Below, one piece after another: positions 56,101 through 64,000 of a stretch of 64,000 nt of DNA. A model generated the notes under the pieces. That model worked only from the letters and a program-made list of their open reading frames with translations, had not been told where the DNA came from and did no database searches. This DNA is from Lama glama (Eukaryota). The position numbers and the translations under genes were made by a program. Every line of letters starts with the position of its first letter. Positions within the stretch are counted from its first letter, which is position 1. The stretch spans positions 59,336,001 through 59,400,000 of the forward strand of contig CM052817.1 of NCBI GenBank assembly GCA_028534125.1, read 5' to 3'.

Positions 56101-56549
56101 AATAAATAGAAATGGATGATAAATTTTGACAAATGTTTTATCAGCATCTGTGGAAAAAATCATAAGCCTTTCTTCTTATATCTGTTGATATGATAAACTT
56201 AACAATAGCTTTTCTAAAACTGAACTATCCTTGCACTGTCAAAATAAACCCAAGTTGGGTATGGACTGTATTTTTTTAATGCTTTAATTATTTTGCAGGT
56301 ATTTTATTTAAGATCTTTTCATCATCATGTTTGTCTGTAGTGGTTTTTATGGGTTTGAATTCTTTTCTTGTTTTGGTTAACAGACTAATGGTATGTTCAC
56401 TACACACAAATGATTTAAAAGTTTCCATTTTTCTGTGCCTCAGAATACTTTCAATAATATCATAGTCTTTTGAATTTACAGATTTGGGAGAATTGCCCTA
56501 AGAATTAATTGGGGTCTTGTTTACGATCCCTTTTTAATGGTACATAAAC

Positions 56550-56939
56550 CTGGACATACAGAAGTCCACTGAAAATCTCTCTTTATGTGTCCTATATTCC
56601 TCACAAAGCAAAAACAAAGACAAGGAATGAGGTCACTGTAACCTATTCAGTCTATACAGAAGCCTTCACAAAAGTACACAGACTCTTGCAAGAGGGTTAA
56701 AAAACATCAGGGTTTTCTTGCCAAGGGACAGTAGAGGACAGATGCTGACCAGTCAACCAGCTGTATCTACCACAGGATAACTGTGAAATTTTCTTCCTTT
56801 AATTTCTTTTATTTCAGTCAACTTCTATAGGAATTATACTTTCATTAACTCACAGGCTTTTTGATTTACTAACTCAAGCCTTATATAATGTTTTTCATGT
56901 CACATAAAAGCAAGATTTTAGAAAATTACAGAAGTGTGA
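56550..56939 (-). CDS. Candidate exon, ~390 nt, symmetric phase 2, 7 stops
   Basis: LELVNQKACELMKV*FL*KLTEIKEIKGRKFHSYPVVDTAG*LVSICPLLSLGKKTLMFFNPLARVCVLL*RLLYRLNRLQ*; exact acceptor and donor chosen by phase. Confidence 0.6.
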
Positions 56940-57591
56940 CTAAGCTAAGAGGATAAACTAGTCTGAAAGCTCAGTTAGGGAGAGACAAGAAAATTAACTG
57001 GTAGAATGTAGCATGTACTATGAGAGAGCTGCATTATTAGCAAAGGCTATTAGTGAGGCAGGTATATAAAAGCATGATGACAATAGAAAGGAGAGCGAAA
57101 AGAAGAGATCACGGTAAAGGTCAAGCAGATGATGAGAGAGATTGGGCACATTTGGAGGGCAAGGTTTCTAGGTTTAAGTAAAATGTCTATTTTCCAATTT
57201 TGACTGTTTCTTTTTCAAGAACTAGGGCTAGAAGGTGCTATTATAGATCAACTATACAGATATGCTCTGAATTTCACATTTTTTGAGGTTTTTAAAAAGC
57301 TGCCTACATATTCTATAGAATAACACCTTCAGCTGAGTCAAGCAGCACCTCACAGTGAAACACATACACATAACTTCAGCAAACTATAAGCACATCCACA
57401 TGTGTTGTGCTATACAAAGACTATAAATGGATTCACTGTGTTTTACCATCACCTGAGTTCAGGTCAGCTCACATCATGTTTAGTTGCCAAAACAGTGAAA
57501 GAAAAAACCTATTTTTAGAACAGTTGGATTTTCGTATAATGAATATAAGACTGCAGTTGCACTGCTGTTAAAACCAGAAGTTATAATATAC

Positions 57592-57793
57592 TTGTACTAC
57601 AAGTACTAATATATTTCTAATATTAGCTGATATAAAATTAAGGGCTAATATAAAATATGAAGTCAGATACTTTGTCTATAAGCAGTAGCAGCAAAACTTT
57701 TCCATAGTCAACCGAATGTGGCTCCTCTCTGCTCATAAAGTATTTTAAAGTAAGTTTTCCAACCATATAAAAATACTGTGATAATGAAAATTC
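57592..57793 (-). CDS. Candidate exon, ~202 nt, phase 1->2 (donor uncertain)
   Basis: ctttctctaccaaag acceptor; IFIITVFLYGWKTYFKILYEQRGATFG*LWKSFAATAYRQSI*LHILY*PLILYQLILEIY*YL*Y. Confidence 0.5.
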
Positions 57794-57871
57794 CTTTGGT
57801 AGAGAAAGAATTAAGTGGGTCACTTTTTTATTTACTTTTATTCAGCTTAATACCAAAGAACTATAACTTAC

Positions 57872-58513
57872 ATTTGAGCTATAAAAAACTGGGGCTTAGG
57901 TCAGTTAACACTGGGAAATAATAGCAAGAAGTGTGGCAGACACATTTCTAGATTTCCTTCCCCATCAGTGGAGTGAAGAGCAGAAATGAGTCCTACCTTC
58001 TGTTTAGAGAGACAGCACTTATAGAATGGCTTGCTGAGAAATGAGCAAATAATTGTTTCATGGAATCTATGATTCAGTATCTCCCTAATCTTGTCTGATT
58101 TTAAATCTTGTATGGACCATAAATAGATCATCAAATGAAGTTATTTTGAATGGCTCAGAAATGTATACACTGTGTACCCCTTTGAAAGTCTCACGCAGCT
58201 TAGATAAGGAGTTGTGTTTGTTCAGGGAGTTTACATTGACAGCATTCACTTTCTCACAACAAATTTGCTTTGAAGTTTTCCAATACGTTTAATAAATATG
58301 AAGTATTTAAAAAGTGATTTTTAAAAACTCCACCCTGTTAATAAATTTACAACTATGAAACCTGAGCTTGATTTCCTTATGCAAATATAGGTCTAAGATG
58401 TTCCATGCTGAGCAATGGACACAATAAATTTACCCAGTCCAGAGACTTGATGAGAACTGTAATTTCTTCAAACTATCCTAATTGTCCCAAAACTTAAACA
58501 GATTCACACAGCT
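57872..58513 (-). CDS. Candidate exon, 642 nt, symmetric phase 1, about 17 stops
   Basis: T-rich-aag acceptor, gtaagt donor (alternative gtagga donor after 57997); LCESV*VLGQLG*FEEITVLIKSLDWVNLLCPLLSME...NLL*ESECCQCKLPEQTQLLI*AA*DFQRG. Confidence 0.6.
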
Positions 58514-58725
58514 CTTAATATAATAAAATAAACAGAAAATATGGAAAACAGTAAAATAGGAATATATATTTTAATTTTACCACTTAAGTTAAAATAATCT
58601 GAAATAAGGTTGAGTATTAACCTAATAATTCATTCCACTACGACTTCCATTACCACTTAAGTTTAATGCCACTGCTACTAACAGGCTTTTTCTCATGGTC
58701 AAATAAGTGTATTAACTTTATTGAA

Positions 58726-58784
58726 TAGATAGATAGACAGACAGAGGAAAGAAAGAAAAGAAAGAAAAGAAAGAAAAGAAAGAA

Positions 58785-58882
<98 letters not shown>

Positions 58883-58903
58883 GAAGAAAGAAAGAAAGAA
58901 AGA

Positions 58904-58984
<81 letters not shown>

Positions 58985-58995
58985 GGAAGAAAGAC
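58726..58995 (+). repeat. Long (GAAA)n compound microsatellite
   Basis: Direct inspection; explains ORFs 58650..59006 and 58718..59149. Confidence 0.98.
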
Positions 58996-59119
58996 AGATG
59001 GACCATAGTTGCATTCTAATCACCAACTGATCTGTATGTCTTACTGGTTCTCTCGGTTCATACGTCTTTATGTCTTTATATAGGTGCAAGTATGTAATTA
59101 TATTAATGCTGTGACTCAC

Positions 59120-59190
59120 CATTAAAGTCCTTTTTAAAGGCCAGCACATTTGTTCTTATTGCTTCTTGATTATTCAATGCATGCATAATT
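59120..59190 (-). CDS. Candidate exon, 71 nt, phase 2->1, no stop
   Basis: Strong ttttttatttatag acceptor and gtgagt donor; IMHALNNQEAIRTNVLAFKKDFN. Confidence 0.7.
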
Positions 59191-59439
59191 CTATAAATAA
59201 AAAACAGAAAAAGAAGAAATAAGGAAAATGGGTAAAATAATTGAAAGGTACACGCTATGATGTGATAATTATAAAGAACAGTGATAACTTTCATTATTGA
59301 ATTTTACTTAGTCAAAGTGCTTAACCAAAATTTCAACTGGTAAAACAGGATTTGAAACACAGCTTAGGACTCACAGGGAATTTGGATTATTTCTACTGCC
59401 TGCACTGAACTCAGGCAACCCAGTCAAAGAAATGTCCTA

Positions 59440-60010
59440 TGGCTGTTCTATACAGAGTAGCTGCTGCTACTACTGTACCTTGGTCTAGAAAGGGAGGAGC
59501 AAATATGATGTGAAGAGAATAAAATACTTTTTCTTAATTGTTCACAAGAAGCAGGAAGTTCCTGTTTCAGGGACCAAGACAGGAAACTGGAAATAACCCA
59601 CTGCACCAATGTTGGTTTAAAATCTTGAGAGCTTCCCAGGTGAATTTGAAATTGATGCCCACACACAGAGGGCAACAGGCAGGTCACTCCAAATTGCTAG
59701 GTTGTAGGTTTCATAAGCACGGAAACTTTCATAACAGGCTTGTCTTGAGCAACTTCAAGACAAGTAGATCTCTGCACCCACCAGCCAGAATCTTAAAAGC
59801 TTATAGAGAGGTCTTAACTGGGTTCAGTCACACATACAGTCCAGGTAGGTGGTCTCAGCAACACATTGCTTTCTCAAGGCTGCATCCACGAAAACAGTTC
59901 CCATTGTGGGAAATGGTGGGCAGAAAATACATTCCAAGGACAAGAAAAGTGGGTAACAAAGTTCAGACTGTCAAGAGGCCATTTCCTCTCAATGACCTCT
60001 TCCAACAACC
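59440..60010. mobile_element. LTR-like element (antisense)
   Basis: cttaaaagcttatagagagg (antisense TATA-like), higher GC, ends ccaaca. Confidence 0.5.
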
Positions 60011-60719
60011 AAGTCACCATAACAAGACTATAGTAACAGCTTTAGAATGTCTGTATTATCTCAGAGGTCTATGTCTAGTTTTAACAGGAAATCATCAATA
60101 TAACTTTAAGAGGGTCTGAAAGGAAAGTAAAGCCTTGTTCCCTAAAGTTATGCACTCTGCTCACTTCATGAGGAAATAGTTGATGTCAATAAAAATGTAG
60201 TTGAAATTGTTATTAAATAGTTTCATATGATGTGAACTTCAAAATAATTTCATACAATGTGGACTTCATTGTGTTTAAAATCTTGTGTGATCTTTGAATA
60301 CTCTGAAACCCAAAAAGCCTAATGAAATAAGCTGGGACAAATTTCTGAAATTAAAAAAAAATAATAAATTGAAGAAAGTCAAATTTTAGGGAAGCTTTAG
60401 TGAGTTTAATTTGACTTTGAACATATTTTCCACAAACTTCAAAGCTTAAATTAATATTTTATGTGCTACAGAGTAATTTTATACTGAATTTTATGCAAAC
60501 ACATGCAATTAAGTTGCATTTAATGGCTTAAAAAGAAAATTTCAAATGATTTTTCTGAAGAAATAGCACTTTTAAAATTCACCAATAAGTATAAGTCTTA
60601 TTGTTGTTGTTAATTGTGCCATTTCTGAGAATTTATAGTTCTTATTATTAGATATCTATTACTTTCTATATTTTACATAATAAACATTCTTACTAATATA
60701 AAAACAACAAATCTCATGC

Positions 60720-60938
60720 CTCTACTACTTTCTGTACTTTATATCCTAGGCAATTTTTGTTTCCTCTTGTTTTTGGCTGAATGCATTTTTAATACATTCC
60801 AAATAAATGGAGATTTAAGTGGGCGGTTGTGTAAAAGGAGAGATAAAAAAAGCAGTGGGCTAGGATAGTTTGTATTATTTATACTAGTCTTTGTAGTAAT
60901 ATCTTTAATCTTTTTCAATCCACTTGAAATGATGCAAC
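60720..60938 (-). CDS. Candidate exon, 219 nt, symmetric phase 2, 8 TAA/TAG stops, GC donor
   Basis: gtcatag|...AG|gcatga; LHHFKWIEKD*RYYYKD*YK*YKLS*PTAFFISPFTQPPT*ISIYLECIKNAFSQKQEETKIA*DIKYRK**. Confidence 0.5.
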
Positions 60939-61066
60939 CTATGACATGACAGCAAAGAACAAGCACTCCTTTCTAAAACATGAGCCATCAAATCTGTCCT
61001 GGAGCATATCTGGGTAAAGCTCATGCTTGCGGTTGTTAAGGGAAATTTTCTTTATGAGTAGTTTAC

Positions 61067-61228
61067 TTATGTGCTGAAAACTATGAAGAAAATGTTGTGA
61101 CTATTGCAGTGGCTTTTGATGCTATTTACTGTACACTGTTAACAATGGTTGTATGGTATCACTTATTATTATAGAACTTTCAGCAGCACGTTCTCCTTCC
61201 CAAGAGAACATATTTTTTGACGTTGCAG
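61067..61228 (-). CDS. Candidate exon, 162 nt, symmetric phase 2, 4 stops
   Basis: tttctgtatag|...|gtaaac; CNVKKYVLLGRRTCC*KFYNNK*YHTTIVNSVQ*IASKATAIVTTFSS*FSAH. Confidence 0.55.
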
Positions 61229-61249
61229 CTATACAGAAATAGAGCTATT

Positions 61250-61460
61250 TCTAAGTTCAACTGTGTAGACTTGACTCTGTCTCTTGATGTAACCCTGGGT
61301 TAACTGTTTAATGCCTCTAAGTTTTATCGTTTTCCTTTATAAAACGGGATATCATTAACAAAACTCACAAAGAGTTTTTGAGATTATTTTAAAAAACATT
61401 TTAAAAATTCTTAGTATAGATCTTGCCACATAGGATGCACTCAGAAATGTTATAGCATTT
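61250..61460. mobile_element. MIR SINE
   Basis: gtaaccctgggttaactgtttaatgcctctaag...ctttataaaacggga. Confidence 0.6.
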
Positions 61461-61635
61461 ATAAGTAAATATATAATACATACAAGTATTAATTATATAA
61501 CTTAATTATTAACTTCATTATCATCACTGTGGTTGCCCTTTGTTAACACAGAAGTCATATACTTGGGTCGGGGACTTTGACTAACCCCTTGTTGTCTCAC
61601 ACGGTCTCTCCCTGTAACTTTCTAAGGAAACTTAC

Positions 61636-61805
61636 ATGAGTGGTGTCCTCTAAAAATGTTTCTCCTGTTCAGCAGAAGCCCATAAAAAGAAATTCTCTCT
61701 CACAGAAATTACTTATAACTAACAAAGGGGGACAAGTCTTTCCTGAAAGTCACACTTCTGTCCCTGGTAGGCAAGGGATTTCCATAGGAAAAAAACAAAA
61801 ACGTC
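61636..61805 (-). CDS. Candidate exon, 170 nt, phase 0->2, 3 stops
   Basis: atctag|...|gtaagt; DVFVFFLWKSLAYQGQKCDFQERLVPLC*L*VISVRENFFLWASAEQEKHF*RTPL. Confidence 0.65.
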
Positions 61806-62300
61806 CTAGATGCTTACACATTAAAAGCAATCTAAGGAAAATGAATCCTCCCCATTCTTTACAGCTGATCTTTTTATTTTCACTTTGGCCAGCGGAAATC
61901 AGATTGAAAGAAGGTATTCAAAGACAATGAGATAAATTTTGGATGTTGGTGTTGTGTGCTTTACTTCCAGTCTGCAATTTTGTGGTTAATGTCATAAAAC
62001 CACAAAACCTAGAGAGCAAAAACTTGAATAGAAATACCTGAGGATGGCATCACTATTTTATATTTTATATATCATTTTGCAACCTGTATATTGTATTTTC
62101 TTCTATAACTACCACACAGATTAGGTAATGTGTTTTGAAAAATAATGGTAGTGAAACTATTGCTATTCTACATTTTGTTCTACTTGAAGTATGTTATTGA
62201 TCAGATTCTAGTCCACAATATTTTAGCTCCACTGAAGTATGACAGCCACAGTCATGAATTTTAGTATGGGTTATAAAAGGGTACTATACAAACGCCTCAC

Positions 62301-62409
62301 TCAAAAATTGTTCCTCAGCAATATATGTCTTTGATGCAAGTACTTAAAATAACACTTTCCCATGTCAGCTGTAACCCTCTCATCAAGGTTCTGGGTCAAG
62401 TATTGAAAA
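62301..62409 (-). CDS. Candidate exon, 109 nt, phase 2->0
   Basis: ctgcag|...|gtgagg; FQYLTQNLDERVTADMGKCYFKYLHQRHILLRNNF*. Confidence 0.65.
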
Positions 62410-62487
62410 CTGCAGCGATAAAAGCTTAATTCCTATTACTCTGTGAAAAGCTACTGTCATCATTTATATTTTAAAATTGTTTTTAAC

Positions 62488-62848
62488 CCTGAGTAAACTG
62501 AGTTGTACAGCTCAAAAAATATTTGGTTCAATTTCTGTTTCACCCACTCAGATTCATAAGAACATTTTTACTTTGGCTTTATAAAATCCAGATAAAGGAA
62601 AGCAATATCAATAGTAGATTATAAACTTATTTTACTTAGATCAAACAGGACCATAAAGCTCTAGCCAAATTATATCTGGAGATGGAGCAATTCAGACTGA
62701 CTATACTTTAGTGCTCTGAAATTTTTAACACTTTTTCTTGGAACGAATGGTAAGATTTCTTTTTCATTACTTGTTTTCTTTTTGTTTACTTTATGTATTC
62801 CCAGTTCTCTCTGGGAACTGTATGTTCCCAGTTCTCTTAAGTGCTGGT
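62488..62848 (-). CDS. Candidate exon, 361 nt, phase 1->2, 4 stops (all TAA/TAG)
   Basis: ttttaag acceptor, weak gttaaa donor; KEILPFVPRKSVKNFRALKYSQSELLHLQI*FG*SFMVLFDLSKISL*STIDIAFLYLDFIKPK*KCSYESEWVKQKLNQIFFELYNSVYS. Confidence 0.65.
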
Positions 62849-62879
62849 CTTAAAAGTTGAGGAGACAGATGCAGAATAA

Positions 62880-63118
62880 AACTCTGGGTTTTGAGTTTAC
62901 TAGGCTAGGGTGGGATTTATGGCAAAATTGTGTCTCAGACATTCCGACCCACTTCAGGGTGGTTTGCCCAATGTGAAGGGGTCACTCCGCCAGTTTTTAG
63001 GGGTTTTTTTCCCCAGAGGAAATTGTTCCATTAACTGTATAGCTATAGATTCAGCATATTTGTGGGAGAAAGTGTGCTCAGAATCTTTCTATGTCACCCT
63101 CTCGAACCGGAATCCTCT
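62880..63118 (-). mobile_element. L1 5' UTR fragment inside a 289-nt intron
   Basis: tctttctatgtcaccctctcgaaccggaa resembles the antisense 5' terminus of old L1. Confidence 0.55.
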
Positions 63119-63137
63119 GCATTCCCAGTTGTAATAC

Positions 63138-63550
63138 AGATTTCTACATGGTCTGGGATCATCTGACTGTACAGACAGCATCTGATGTTGAAAGCACTGA
63201 CAACTTTGAAGACTTCTCCCCTCCTGTTTAACTCATTCCAGAGAATAGAAGCCTAGTTATTTCACCACTAGGAGAAAAACCTTCTTTTTAAAGGTTGGGA
63301 GCTGATTATATATAAGTATTTGAGAATCTTAAATAGATTTTCTGTTACAAATGAAAGCCAGGTTGTAAAGACAGTTACCAGATAACATATGGAAAATTCA
63401 ATTTCTTTCTCTTGGTACTTGTAATTTATTCTTGCTCCCATACGGTGTTACTCAAAAGCCTCTGTTTCTTAACACTCGCCATGCCCATTTCTTAGCATAT
63501 CTTCATGATTCTCAGTGTTTTTGCTTTGTTCATCAATATTAGTAACAGCT
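63138..63550 (-). CDS. Candidate exon, 413 nt, phase 2->1, 5 stops
   Basis: Polypyrimidine-caag acceptor, gtatta donor; AVTNIDEQSKNTENHEDML...FFS*W*NN*ASILWNELNRRGEVFKVVSAFNIRCCLYSQMIPDHVEI. Confidence 0.65.
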
Positions 63551-63732
63551 CTTGCAAATGGGAAGGAGGAAAAAGCTTATCAAATATATAATATATACAT
63601 AACTTACAGATATGTATATATGTGTGTTTATATATATATATATAATTACCACATTTATTTCATTAATGTTGATTGTATTTTAAGTCTTAAATTACTAATG
63701 GGTTAAATTTTTTCATTTAACATAAATTTTAC

Positions 63733-63920
63733 AGCATCCTCACATTTTTCTAAACTGGTGGAAACAACATATCCAGTAGATATCTGTATTCTAGCCTACT
63801 TCCAAAATATTTCATCCTGTAGAAAACTTTCAAAGGGAAGTGCATTTTTCTTGCTAATCAATTTGTTACATGGCTAACTGCAGTTTTGGTGATTAGCCAG
63901 TTTTCTGAAAACACTGTCAT
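63733..63920 (-). CDS. Candidate exon, 188 nt, phase 0->2, 2 in-frame stops
   Basis: cttgatag|ATG...CT|gtaaaa; MTVFSENWLITKTAVSHVTN*LARKMHFPLKVFYRMKYFGSRLEYRYLLDMLFPPV*KNVRM. Confidence 0.6.
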
Positions 63921-64000
63921 CTATCAAGAGTATAGTAGGACAAAAAATTAAATTTATTATTCATTGTTTGAGATCTTTAATCTATTCGGAAATGAGCCCA

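Larger units (their letters stand above)
270..63920 (-). pseudogene. Large multi-exon gene (5' part beyond window) with preserved frame but >100 in-frame stops; unitary pseudogene or recoded/edited gene, product unidentified
   Basis: About 30 repeat-free segments bounded by AG/GT on the minus strand; phases chain without frameshift over 63920-47861 and 34128-19102; protein-like translation with recurring (R/C)PLL motif. Confidence 0.75.

Noticed and set aside
57825..57845. Minus-strand AATAAA pair as a gene 3' end
   Set aside because: Falls in a predicted 78-nt AT-rich intron with coding-like exons on both sides; no other support
58650..59149. F/L/S-rich ORFs
   Set aside because: Translation of the (GAAA)n microsatellite
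59538..60119. 193-aa plus-strand ORF
   Set aside because: Lies in LTR-like sequence, non-ATG start, no recognisable domain
47861..63920. Selenoprotein explanation for the in-frame stops
   Set aside because: Most stops are TAA/TAG, which selenocysteine insertion cannot explain
47861..63920. A-to-I restoration of all stops to Trp
   Set aside because: Would give an implausibly Trp-rich protein and does not explain TGY at Arg-like positions; disfavoured, not disproved

Overview
AT-rich mammalian genomic DNA, very likely camelid (it carries a Vic-1-type tRNA-derived SINE). It contains one 500-N gap and many interspersed repeats: L1 of several ages, L2, MIR, a probable CR1, ERV/MaLR LTRs, Tigger1, MER2 and MER94. 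No supplied ORF is an intact gene. The main observation is in the repeat-free stretches. On the minus strand they form a chain of about 30 exon-like segments bounded by splice sites. These can be threaded by hand in one phase-consistent frame without frameshifts: 17 exons (~5.6 kb) from 63920 to 47861 and 8 exons (~2.1 kb) from 34128 to 19102. That frame reads like a large protein with a recurring (R/C)PLL motif. It also holds more than 100 in-frame TAA/TAG/TGA codons at positions that read well as Gln/Arg, plus many TGY codons where Arg is expected, i.e. T in place of C at codon position 1. Ordinary pseudogene decay does not easily explain this, so a gene needing extensive U-to-C-type correction or recoding is possible. 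I could not identify the protein. The frame is unresolved at 35-41 kb and below 13.3 kb, and all counts are manual.
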